Of a DNA stretch of 64,000 bases, positions 13,902 through 26,009 are shown piece after piece; position 1 is the stretch's first letter, and each line of letters begins with the position of its first letter. A program made the translations under genes and the position numbers. Where the stretch lies: the NCBI RefSeq assembly GCF_036321535.1, contig NC_087436.1, forward strand, positions 62,312,001 through 62,376,000, given 5' to 3'. Source of the stretch: Camelus dromedarius (taxonomy: Eukaryota). Below the pieces are notes generated by a model that saw only the letters and a list, made by a program, of their open reading frames with translations, had not been told where the DNA came from and ran no database searches.

Positions 13902-14030
13902 TTTTTTAATTGAAGTGCAGTCAGTTAAAATGTGTTAATTTCCAGTGTGCAGCACAATTGCCCAGTCATGCATATACATACATATATTCATTTTCATATT
14001 ATTTTTCATTAACCTTTCAATATCAATCTA
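13902..14030 (-). mobile_element. Short L1 3'-end fragment
   Basis: T-tail plus ttaattgaagtgcagtcagttaaaatgtg...cacaattgcccagtcatgcatatac; matches the 3' ends at 15672 and 52420. Confidence 0.8.
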
Positions 14031-14080
14031 TAATTTTCATTTAATATATCCTGACAGAGTAACAACCCTAGGCCCAAACT

Positions 14081-14202
14081 GGTGAGACCATATATCCTGA
14101 TTTGCCCAAAACAGTTTGATTCACTTCTTACTATGTAATTATGAAAAGGACCTCTTCACTCCAAAAATGCTCTGGTTTGGAAATAATGTACACAGTCATC
14201 TT
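14081..14202. mobile_element. MER94-like hAT-Blackjack MITE remnant
   Basis: gagaccatatatcctgatttgccc...taattat...cttcactccaaaaatgctctggtttgga...cagtcatctt resembles the MER94 consensus as I recall it. Confidence 0.55.
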
Positions 14203-14419
14203 GTCCTCCAGTGTGGATGATCTTTTCAAACTCAGTTCCCATCATTATTAGGATCATTCACCTGGCATTACAGCCTATTTTGTAAGAGATTCCTTCCTTG
14301 GGCTGTTAGACCTGTTTATGCAATCTCTGGAACTCATACCTAAAAGTTGTAGCTAAAAGTTGTATCTATCATGTGGTATTATCATTGTTTAGTTTGGTTT
14401 ACTGTGATAGATCCTGTAG

Positions 14420-14900
14420 GTGTTAGAAATGGTGTAGGCTGTGTATATAAGTAACAGCAGTATCAACAATAAATCATATATTTAATTAGCTGATACTGCA
14501 GGGTGCATGGAGGTAGACAGCAGCTTTATGATGTCACCAATAATCCAAATTCCTTCTGTCTTTCTATTCTACTATACATTGCTTTACCTTTTTCTGGTTG
14601 CACACTTGTTACCTCATGTTTGAAAGATGAGTGTTATAGTTCAGGCTTCGTATCCACGCTCAAGGCAGAAGGAAGGGCATAGTGATGCAAGCAACTGCTC
14701 TCTTCTTTCCTTTTGTTAATGATGGGAATTCACTGGCAAGTTTGTAGTCAATCTTCCTTCTATGTCTCATCATGCTGAATTAGAACACTGGACCATCCAT
14801 GTTCTGTACAAGTGGTTGTAATTGCAAATTTCTGGCATTTAACATATGTAATAGGAAGTAGTAAAACTAAATCGGGTTACAAATGTCAGTTAGGCACTGT
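14420..14900. mobile_element. Old MaLR/ERVL LTR-like remnant
   Basis: Motifs ttccttctgtctttc...aagatgagtg...tccacgctcaaggcagaaggaaggg...tatgtctcat. Confidence 0.4.
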
Positions 14901-15671
14901 GTCTTTCACAGTACTTTATATATTGCATTGCTTCTGTGAAAAATAATCTGGTAGTGTTTGATTTTAAGTTGAAAAATTACTTGTAGTATAAATTGTCCCA
15001 ATCCATTCAGTCCATCAGCTATTGTTGGACATTTACATTGTTACCAATATTATTACAACAATTCAGTATAGCGTTGCTTATTTGTTAGAATAAATTTTGA
15101 TAAGTAGATCTATAAGGATAAAGGATATAACTAAATTTATGTATTGTATACTTGTTGAAAAATTGCCTCCAAGAAATGGTCCATTATAACCTATACCATA
15201 CATGATCAGCAAAAATAATAATAAAAATATAAAAATCATATAATATTTACTATTTATCATACAGTGTTGAAGTATTTTTATATGGTAATTCATTTAATCC
15301 TTACAAAGCCCTATTTTCTCAAATAATTATAGAAAAATGCACAATTTCTTTTTATCACTGTATGCAATATACTAAATAGTCACTTATATTTAGATTGTTT
15401 TTATGGTTTCTATAGTGCTGTACTAATGCATCTCTATATTCTAGAAGTATTACTATACTGTGCTAATACGGTAGCTTTATGTTTTGGTATGTAGAAGTGA
15501 AGTTCACTCCATTTTCTTTCTGTTTTTAAATCTGAGGGTAAAGTGATTTATTACTCAGTCTTTTAGATATTACTATATTTCAGTTCTAGAATTTGCATTT
15601 TGCGTTAATAATAGTTTATATACTTTGCTGAGATTTCATCTCTTTTCCTTCACTGTGCATATTCACCTTTA

Positions 15672-16268
15672 TTCTTTTCTTTTTTTTAATTGGAGTATAG
15701 TCAGTTACAATGCATCAATTTCTGGTGTACAGCACAATGTCCCAGTCATGCATATATATATACATATATTCATTTTCATATTCTTTTTCATTAAAAGTTA
15801 TTACAAGATATTGAATATAGTACCCTGTCCAGAAGAAAGGTTTTTTTTAAAATCTATTTTTATATATAGTGGTTAACATTTGCAAATCTCGAACTCCCAA
15901 ATTTATCCCTCCCCATCCCCTTTCCTCTAATAACCATAAGATTGTTTACTACATCTGTGAGTCTGTTTCTGTTTTGTAGATGAGTTCATTAGTGTCCTCT
16001 TTTTCCTTTTTTCCCTTTTGTTAGATTCCACATATGAATGATATCATGTGGTATTTTTCTTTCTCTTTCTGGCTTACTTCACTTAGAGTGACAGTCTCCA
16101 GGTCCATCCATGTTGCTGCAAATGGCATTATTTTATTCCTTTTCATGGCTGAGTTGTACTCCATTTTATAAATATACCATAACTTTTTTATCCAGTCATC
16201 TATTGATGGACGTTTAGGTGGCTTCCATGTCTTGGCTATTGTATATAATGCTGCTGTGAACATTGGGG
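15672..16268 (-). mobile_element. 5'-truncated L1 (ORF2 C-terminus plus 3'UTR), a different subfamily from the full-length copy
   Basis: ORF 16021-16275 reads PMFTAALYTIAKTWK...YHMISFICGI*. 3'UTR ends in ttaattggagtatagtcagttacaatg plus a T-tail. Confidence 0.92.
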
Positions 16269-18569
16269 CTATCATTGTGTTAGATAATTTGGGGTTTTAT
16301 ACTGGATATTGTAATGCTGTGTTGTGGAAACTCTGAATTTCCTTATATTTTTGTCAAGGAATATTGACTTGTCTTAATGATTGGATACAAAATGCATAAA
16401 TGTTTGCTTAGATGGTAGTTCATATTTCAGTTCATTTATTTTGTCTTTACCTGGGTTACTTGTGTCTTTGCCACATGTGTACAGGTCAGGATAATCTACT
16501 GATTTGAGTAGAATTTATTCACGTAATGCTGAGTTTGCCTACCTGCTAATTGTCTTTTAGAGATTCTGCTCTTTTTTAAGTAGGTATACTTGCTCTGATT
16601 TCTAAATCTGGTCTTTTAAACCATAAACACAATGAGTTTTCTAATAAAAGTTTTGTCTCCAGTATCAGAGCCTGCACTCAGACTAAAATAATAAAAATGG
16701 GAAACTCACCCATCTTCCAAGTTTCCATTCACTTTCATAATCTGCTTGTTTTCACTCAATGATGCCTTTAGGCAATTATTTGTTATATTATATCCAGAGC
16801 TTATAGTTCTTATCTATGGGAGTATTGATTCAGTAAGTGCTTACTTAGAATTACCAGATATGAACCTTCTTTTGTACCAAATAATTTAAGGAGAGTTTCC
16901 AAGAGTTAACAAGTCCATTTATTTTCTCCAAAGTTATAATTTATGAGTCTAAATAGCTATACCCATCTCTGCTGCCATCACTTCAGTTTTCCTCTTCTCT
17001 CTCTCTCCTCTCCCTGCATATATATGTGTATGTATAATTTTAAAATTGTCTGTTTAAATTGAATTTGGTAGGCAGTTACTTCCTCTATCCTTTATTCTGC
17101 TGAGATGGAATGCTCCAACAGTATCATTTTTGGAAGTTAGAAATATCTACTAGATCTGGATGTGGATCTGAATTTTATTTCCCATCTGGATTCTAATTAG
17201 GTAACAGGTTTGCTGGTCTTCTCCCTACGTATATTTGAGCAAAGAGGAACAAGATTGAGAAAAGAGATAATAGGAGGGAAAGATTGACAACAGTATAGCT
17301 GACTGTATTTTGATTTGTCAGATATGAGTGAGTTGTCCATGGATGGGTTGGACACAAGGGGAAAGGGGTAGAACTGTCTTGCTGCTCTGCACCATAGTGC
17401 TAGGGATAGAGCTGAGAGATTGGACCAAGTAAAGCAATAGTTAAACTTTCATTTCAGAGAACTATGCACAGAGGAGGTCCCATAGGACCTACAAAAAATT
17501 CACAAATGGGTCCCATGAGGGAGACAACATTTTAATTTCTTTTAGATACACAGTATTGAGAGCCAGTAAGAAATAGCCAAATACAACAAGAATGAAATCT
17601 TCACAAGAGATCTTAAAGGACCAGCAAACAAAGATCCTGTAGAACGTAGATGAACGAATTTACTGAAGAACGCTAACAGTTTCAGTTTTAAATTGTAATT
17701 ATTGATTCCTGGAAACAATCACATATGCATACTTTTATTATGCATATTTGACAGCTTGATGTGGTTAATATAGCCATGGTACCAGTAAGAAAAACAGGAG
17801 TTACATGGTTTTATGAAACTCAAATAACTAATCTTAGTTTTAATATCCTAGATTTCTTCTTCTTCCACTTAAAATAACAGTAGCAAGTCTCATAAGTGTA
17901 AAAGTATTGTAGACATTTAGAAGCGAGAGCTGCCATGTGCCCCAGGGAAATTAAGGGAAGCTCCAGAGAAGGTGGTATTGAAATGCACTTTGAGTGAGAG
18001 ACAGGGTTTCTAGCTAAGAATAAACACTGAGTGAGGGAAATGTCATTATCAGAACCTATGTGCAAAAGATAAAAGGTGAGAAATTTATAGTCATAAAGAA
18101 ATGATAAATCAGAATAGAAGGGCATTATGGTGAAAGGAAGAAATGGCATATCAGGATAGAAGGCTTTGAGTGCTAAGTAGAAAGCATCTTGTAATGCTTT
18201 CGTGGGTTTTGTGACTTTAAAGAATTTAGCTTAACAGTGATGGTATTATTTTATCATTTTAAGATGGAAAATCAGTGTTATAATTCAGAATATTATATGA
18301 GTGAAGGAAAATAAGCTCATTCACACGGGTCATATGATATAAGCCCAATGATTTCTGTGGATATGATAGAGAACTAGTATGTATGTGTTCATAGAGTTGA
18401 GTGACCCTCTCAAAGGAAAAGTAAACTTATTGCAAAAGAAAAACATGTGTATCAATTTTTTCAAACAATTTTGAGAAAACATAGAACAGACAATATATAA
18501 GATAGAATATTGAAGGGAGAAGTGACCTATAATGGGCACAGCATAATAATATACAACACTAGAAGTGAA

Positions 18570-18990
18570 GTAGACTTAAAAGGCATCTATTGAACCCTCC
18601 CTCCAACAACAACAGATTACATATTCTTTTCAAGTGCTTGTGAAACACTTCAGAGTAGATCTTATCTGGTGCCAAAAAAACGTATCTTAGTAAGTTAGAA
18701 AGAATTGAAATTATACAAAGTATGTTTTTTGATCTCAATGGAATGAAACTAGAAATTAGCAACAGTAGAATATTTGGCAAATTTACAATACTGTGGCAAT
18801 TAAACAACAACTTAAATAACCAGTTGGTCCAAGAAGAAATCACAAGAGAAATTAGAAAATACTTTGAAATGAATTAAAAAGAATACACTTTCCAAAACTG
18901 TGCTGGTGCAGCTAACCTAATACTCAGATGGATATTCATAGTTGCAAATATTTATAGTAAGTAAGAATAAATATCTCAAATTAATAATCT
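18570..18990 (+). mobile_element. Old L1 ORF2 endonuclease-region fragment
   Basis: acaacagattacatattcttttcaagtgc...gaattgaaattatacaaagtatg...aatggaatgaaactagaaatt...aaattagaaaatactttgaaatgaat. Confidence 0.8.
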
Positions 18991-19362
18991 GTAATCTGCT
19001 TTTGAATAGGAATATATTTGATTGTTCTCCCACAGAGAATTGCACCTAAAATTACTTATTTTCTCCTCATCTTCGGACAGTATGCCAACCCAATTGCCTC
19101 ATACACTTTGTAGTTATATGACTTGGTAGCCTAAATTAATAAAGAATGGATGAAATTTTGTTCATTTTATCAGGCCTAATCTAAGTGACCATTAAGGATG
19201 TTGCTTAGCTTCTCTGACAATTGTAGTTCACTTTTCAGTATTACGTGATATACATTTGTAAAGAGTACTTGGGTTTTACATAAAATGTATTTTAAAGATG
19301 GAAATGTGTGCTAAACATCTAAGCATCACAATGAGAGTCTTATGTAGCATGTCTTGCTTTTT

Positions 19363-19490
19363 TATTTATTTGCTTCTTCTTTCTTTTTATATTGAAGTAT
19401 ATTCTATGTACAATTTTATATAATGACAGATACGCAATATAATGATTTACAATTTTTAAAGTTTATACTCCATTTATAGTTATTCTAAAA
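19363..19490 (-). mobile_element. Short L1 3'-end insertion with TSD
   Basis: Tail plus attgaagtatattctatgtacaa...atactccatttatagttatt. TSD atgtcttgcttttt (19349-19362) / atttcttgcttttt (19491-19504), followed by AG (TTTT/AG endonuclease-like site). Confidence 0.75.
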
Positions 19491-20906
19491 ATTTCTTGCT
19501 TTTTAGTACTGCTATATCTTGCTCTTTCAAAGCATTTTATTCCGTATTGGTATGGTGATTACCTTGATTTTCATGAGAATAGATAGTATTGAGCAAAACT
19601 TGTCCATAATTTTATGTGGCTATTTTAATGTTCTTTTGCCTTCTAAAGTTTGTCAAGAATGAAAACTAAGTAATATTTAAAAGCATGCCTTTCCATTTGA
19701 TAGATATAATTGAAATACAGCTGCATGACACAAATGACAGAAAAGATGGGTAACTACAAATCTGTATTTTACATTATAAATATGGGTTTTTTCAAATAAA
19801 TGACCAATGTATTATAGATACTCATGCATGATTTTGGAATTTAACTTTGTTTCTATGTGAAGAGGATTTTAGAAAGTGTGTCAGCTTTAAATATCTTCTT
19901 GAAGGCTGTGTTTGATTTTGACACAGATTTTTTTTAAAGGATTACTCTAAACAATTTTAAAATCAATAAGTAATTATCATGGTTCTTTCCAATCAAATAA
20001 ATATTGACTTTGGAGAAGATATATGCTTTTTTTTCTATTTCTGGGAAAGAATGCTATGATTGCCAGTTGCCATCATTTCACGTTAAATAAACTCAGTTAC
20101 TTGTTAAATGAAGTGATACATAACATTAAAAAGAGATACACACTGACATTATATTGTTTTGCTAGGAGTTACAACAGCCTATACTGGCTTTTTTTAAAAT
20201 CTGGTCTTTGCATATCAGTTTGTAAGAGATATATTCTGACACTATATTAGTGTGTTTATTTGAGGCATTAATACCAAAGCCTGACAGCATTAGCTCTACA
20301 GTTTATGTCACTATAAAACTGGCTTTTAGTGATAACAATTAGTAATGTTAAGTCTATATATTATAAGGAATAGTACTGATTGTTCCACAGTAAAGTTCAC
20401 TTAAAGTGACATTAATGAACAGTAGTGCCATCGTGCTTTATGGTATCAAGCAATTCCACTGTAAGAGAATAATGGTTATCTTGAATATTCTAATCTCACA
20501 GGTAAACCTTACATTCATGATACATGGTAATTCATGTCACAATGATTCAGACTTTTCTTTCTTTTTCTCTCTTTTTTTCTTTTTAACATTTTTATTGATT
20601 TATAATCATTTTACAATATTGTGTCAAATTCCAGTGTTCAGCACTATTTTTCAGTCATTCATGGACATATACACACTCACTGTAACATTTTTTTCTCTGT
20701 GAATTATCATAACATTTTGTGTATATTTCCCTGTGCTATACAGTGTAATCTTGTTTATCTATTCTACAGTTTTGAAATCCCAGTCTATCCCTTCCCACCC
20801 TCCACCCCCCTGGCAACCACAAGTCTGTATTCTCTGTCTATGAGTCTATTTCTGTCCTGTATTTATGCTTTGTTTTTGTTTGTTTGTTTGTTTTTGTTTT
20901 TGTTTT

Positions 20907-23900
20907 TTAGATTCCACATATGAGCGATCTCATATGGTATTTTTCTTTCTCTTTCTGGCTTACTTCACTTAGAATGACATTCTCCAGGAGCATCCATGTT
21001 GCTGCAAATGGCATTATGTTGTCGGTTTTTATGGCTGAGTAGTATTCCATTGTATAAATATACCACCTCTTCTTTATCCAGTCACCTGTTGATGGACATT
21101 TAGGCTGTTTCCATGTTTTGGCTATTGTAAATAGTGCTGCTATGAACATTGGGGTGCAGGTGTCATCCTGAAGTAGGTAGGGTTCCTTCTGGATACAAGC
21201 CCAGGAGTGGGATTCCTGGGTCATATGGTAAGTCTATTCCTAGTCTTTTGAGGAATCTCCACACTGTTTTCCATAGTGGCTGCACCAAACTGCATTCCCA
21301 CCAGCAGTGTAGGAGGGTTCCCCTTTCTCCACAGCCTCTCCAGCATTTGTCATTTGTGGATTTTTGAATGACGGCCATTCTGACTGGTGTGAGGTGATAC
21401 CTCATTGTAGTTTTGATTGGCATTTCTCTGATAATTAGTGATATTGAGCATTTTTTCATGTGCCTTTTGATCATTTGTATGTCTTCCTTGTAGAATTGCT
21501 TGTTTAGGTCTTCTGCCCATTTTTGGATTGGGTTGTTTATTTTTTTCTTATTGAGTCGTATGAGCTGCTTATATATTCTGGAGATCAAGCCTTTGTCGGT
21601 TTCATTTGTAAAAATTTTCTCCCATTCCATAGGTTGTCTTCTTGTTTTATTTCTGGTTTCCTTTGCTGTGCAGAAGCTTGTAAGTTTCATTAGGTCCCAT
21701 TTGTTTATTCCTGCTTTTATTTCTTCTAGGAGAAAATTTTTGAAATGTATGTCAGATAATGTTTTGCCTATGTTTTCCTCTAGGAGGTTTATTGTATCTT
21801 GTCTTATGTTTAAGTCTTTGATCCATTTTGAGTTGATTTTTGTATATGGTGTAAGGGAGTGTTCTAGCTTCATTGTTTTACATGCCACTGTCCAGTTTTC
21901 CCAACACCATTTGCTGAAGAGACTGTCTTTATTCCATTGTATATTCTTGCCTCCTTTGTCGAAGATTAGTTGACCCAAAAGTTTGTGGGTTCATTTCTGG
22001 GCTCTCTATTCTGTTCCATTGGTCTATATGTCTGTTTTGGTACCAATACCATGCTGTCTTGATGACTGTAGCTCTATAGTATTGTCTGAAGTCTGGGAGA
22101 GTTATTCCTCCAGCCTCTTTCTTTCTCTTCAGTAATGCTTTGGCAATTCTAGGTCTTTGATGGTTCCATATAAATTTTATTATGATTTTTTCTAGTTCTG
22201 TGAAATATGTCCTGGGTAATTTGATAGGGATTGCATTAAATCTGTAGATTGCCTTGGGCAGTGTGACCATTTTAACTATACCGATTCTTCCAATCCAAGA
22301 GCATGGAATATCTTTCCATTTTTTAAAGTCTTCTTTAATTTCCTTCATCAATGGTTTATAGTTTTCTGTGTATAATTCTTTCACCTCCTTGGTTAGATTT
22401 ATTCCCAGATATTTTATTACTTTGGGTGGTATTTTAAAGGGGATTGTTTCTTTACTTTCTTCTTCTGTTGATTTATCGTTAGTGTAAAGAAATGCAACTG
22501 ATTTTTGAACGTTAATTTTGTAACCTGCTACCATGCTGAATTCTTCAATCAGCTCTAGTAGCTTTGTGTGGACCTCTTAGGGTTTTCTATATATAGTAAC
22601 ATGTCATCAGCATATAGTGACACTTTTACCTCTTCTTTTCCAATTTGGATCCCTTTCATTTCTTTCTCTTGCCTGATTGCTTTGGCTAGGACTTCCAGGA
22701 CTATGTTGAATAGGAGTGGTGATAGTGGGCATCGTTATCTTGTCCCAGATTTTAGTGGGAAGCTTTTGAGTTTTTCACCGTTGAGTACTATGCTGGCTGT
22801 AGGTTTGTCATATATAGCTTTTATTATGTTGAGATATGGTCCCTCTATACCCACTTTGGCAAGAGTTTTTATCATAAACGGGTGTTGAATTTTATCAAAT
22901 GCTTTTTCTGCATCGATTGAGATGATCATGTGGTTTTTGTCCTTTTTCTTGTTGATGTGATGTATTACATTGATTGATTTGCATATGTTGAACCAGCCTT
23001 GTGTCCCTGGGATGAACCCCACCTGGTCATGATGTATAATCTTTTTTATGTGTTGTTGGATTCTATTTGCTAAAATGTTGGTGAGGATTTTGGCGTCTAT
23101 GTTCGTCAGTGATATTGGCCTGTAATTCTCGTTTTTGTAGTATCTTTGACTGGTTTTGGTATCAGGGTGATGGTGGCTTCATAGAATGAGTTTGGGAGTG
23201 TTCCCTCCTTTTCAATCATCTGGAAGAGTTTGAGAAGGACTGGTATGAGTTCTTCTTTGTATGTTTGGTAGAATTCTCTGGTGAAGCCATCCGGTCCTGG
23301 ACTTTTATTTGTAGGGAGGTTTTTAATTGCTATTTCTATTTCCTTTCTAGTGATCGGATTGTTCAAGTGTTTAGATTCTTCTTGATTCAGTCTTGGTGGA
23401 CAGTATGTTTCCAGAAACTTGTCCATCTCCTCTAGGTTATCCAGTTTGGTTCCATATAGTTTTTCATAATATTCTCGTATGATATTCTGTATTTCTATTT
23501 TGTTTGTTGTAATTTCTCCATTTTTCTTTCTTATTTTGCTAATTTGTACTTTTTTTTCTTCTTTGTGAGTTTGGCCAGAGGTTTGTCGATTTTATTTACT
23601 TTTTCAAAAAACCAGCTTTTGGTTTGGTTGATTTTTTCTTTGGTCTTGTTAATCTCTATTGTATTTAGTTCCTCTCTGATCTTTATTATTTCCTTCCTTC
23701 TGCTGCTTTTTGGGGCTTTTTGTTCTTGTTTTTCTAATTCATTCAGGTGGTGGGTTAAATTGTTTATTTGAGATTGTTCTTCTTTTTTGAGGAAGACCTG
23801 TATCGCTATAAACTTCCCTCTTAGCACTGCCTTTGCTGTGTCCCATAGGTTTTGAGTGGTTATGCTTTCATTGTCATTTGTCTCAAGGTATTTTTTAATT

Positions 23901-24703
23901 TCAGCTTTGATTTCCTCATTGACCCATTGTTTTTTCAATAACATATTGTTTAATCTCCATGCTTTCCTTTTCTTTTCCTTTGTTTCTCTGTTGTTGATTT
24001 CCAGTTTCATGGCATTATGGTCAGTAAAGATGCTTGAGATAATTTCTATCTTCTTAAAATTGTTGAGGTTTCTTTTGTGCCCAAGTACATGATCGATCCT
24101 GGAAAATGTTCCACGTGCACTTGAAAAGAATGTATATCCTATTTCTGGGGGGTGTAATGCTCTGAAAATATCCACCAAATCTAGTTTTTCTATTGTATCA
24201 TTTATTTTCTCTGTTGTCTTGTGTATTTTCTGTCTGGAAGATCTGTCTAGTGATGTTAATGCAGTGTTAAAATCTCCAACTATGATTGTATTCCCATCAA
24301 TAGCCCCCTTTATCTCTGTTAGTAATTCTTGTATGTACTTAGCTGCTCCTATATTGGGTGCATATATATTAACGAGTGTAATATCCTCGTCTTGTATCAC
24401 TCCTTTAATCATTATAAAATGTCCTTCTTTATCTTTCTTTATGGCCTTTGTTTTAAAGTGTATTTTGTCTGAAATCAGTACTGCAACACCTGATTTTTTT
24501 GCTTTTCCATTTGTGTGGAATATCCTTTTCCATCCTTTCACTCTCAATCTATATGTGTCCTTCTCCCTAAAGCGGGTCTCTTGTGTGCAGCATATTGAAG
24601 GTTCTTGCTTTATTATCCAGTCTGCTACTCTATGTCTTTTTACTGGAGCATTTAGTCCATTAACATTTACAGTAATTAATGATAGATGTGTGTTTATTGC
24701 CAT
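20907..24703 (-). pseudogene. ORF2: L1 ORF2 (APE endonuclease, reverse transcriptase, CCHC knuckle), broken by frameshifts and a stop
   Basis: Fragments 23531-24703 ([33 protein letters not shown]), 23106-23426 (KSPGPDGFT), 22735-23022, YADD at 22603-22614, 21929-22534, 21163-21978 (CCHC at 21292-21345) and 20907-21224 (...SLICGI*). Total span is ~1265 codons. Confidence 0.96.
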
Positions 24704-25110
24704 TTTGAACTTATCTTTGCAGTTGAATTGGTATATCCTCTTTGTTCCTTTCTTCTTCCTTTTGTGGTTTGGTAACTTTCCTTTGTATTATCATGGATTT
24801 TATTTAATTTTTGTGACTCCCTTGTAAGTTTTTGGCTTGTGGTTACCCTTTTTCGTAAATCTATTAGCCCACTACTATAACTGTTTTTATTAAACTGATA
24901 GTAACATGATCTCAAACCTATCCTACCATTACAAAAAATTTAAAAAAGAAAGAAAAAAATATATTCTATATTTCCCTGCCTCCCTCTCCCACTCTCAGTG
25001 ATTTGTATGTCTTCTTTTATAATTTCGTGTTTACTTTATTTGTAATTCATGAGTTATCACCTTTCCAGTTGTGAGTTTCTCATTTCTGTAGCATCCTGCT
25101 GCTTTTCTAT

Positions 25111-26009
25111 TTAGAATAGCCCTTTCAATATTTCTTTTAGCATGGGTTTAGTGTTGCTAAACTCCTGCAGCTATTTTTTGTCTGTGAAACTCTTTATTTC
25201 TCCTTCTATCCTAAAGGATAGCCTTGCTGGATAAAGTATCCTAGGCTGCATCTTTTTTTCATTCAGGGCTTTGAATATATCTTGCCACTCCCTTCTGGCC
25301 TGTAGTGTTTGTGTATAGAAATCAGCTGAGAGCCTTATGGGGGTTCCCTTGTAACTTACTTTTTGCTTTTCTCTTGCTGCCTTTAGAATCCTTTCTTTAT
25401 CCTTGACTCTGGCCATCTTGATTATGATATGTCTTGGTGTGGGTCTATTTGGGTTCTTCCTGTTTGGGTCCCTCTGAGCTTCCTGTACTTGGATATCTGA
25501 TTCCTTCTTTAAGTTTGGGAAGTTTTCAGTCATGATTTCTTCAAAAGCCTTTTCAATCCCCTTTGATCTTTCTTCTCCTTCTGGGACCCCTATTATGCGA
25601 AGATTGGGATGCTTTATATTATCCCATAGGTCCCTTATGCTATTTTCATTATTTTTTATTTGCTTATCTTGTAGTTCTTCTGAATGGGTGCTTTCTATTG
25701 CCCTGTCTTCTAGATCACTAATTCGTTCCTCTGCATTATCTAGTCAGCTTTGCACAGCTATTAGATCATTCCTCATCTCTGTCAATGAGTTTACCCATTC
25801 TACTTGGCTCTTCTTTATAGCTTCAATTTCATTTTTGACCTATTTTATATCTCTAAACACTATCTCTTTTAATTCCTTCAGCAATTTGATCACTCCTTTT
25901 TTGAAATCTTGATCTAGTAGGCTATCGATGTCTATTTCGTTGATCTTTCAGGGGATTTCTCTTGTTCTTTTAATTGGGAAAGGTTTCTGTGCTTCTTCAT
26001 CTTGCTCAT
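25111..26009 (-). pseudogene. ORF1: L1 ORF1 (RNA-binding protein), disrupted
   Basis: ATG at 26009 (MSKMKKHRN...), an early frameshift near 25945, and in-frame stops at 25840-25842, 25744-25746 and 25171-25173. Conserved parts: NLRIIGVPEGEE, ENFPNL, RPTPRHIIIK, KERILKAAREK, PIRLSADF, ARREW, PRILYPARLSF. Natural stop TAA at 25111-25113. Confidence 0.93.

Noticed and set aside
21149..25912. Plus-strand ORFs such as 21500-21973, 24219-24827 and 25532-25912 with hydrophobic, membrane-like translations
   Set aside because: They are antisense shadows of A-rich L1 ORF1/ORF2 coding sequence, not independent genes.
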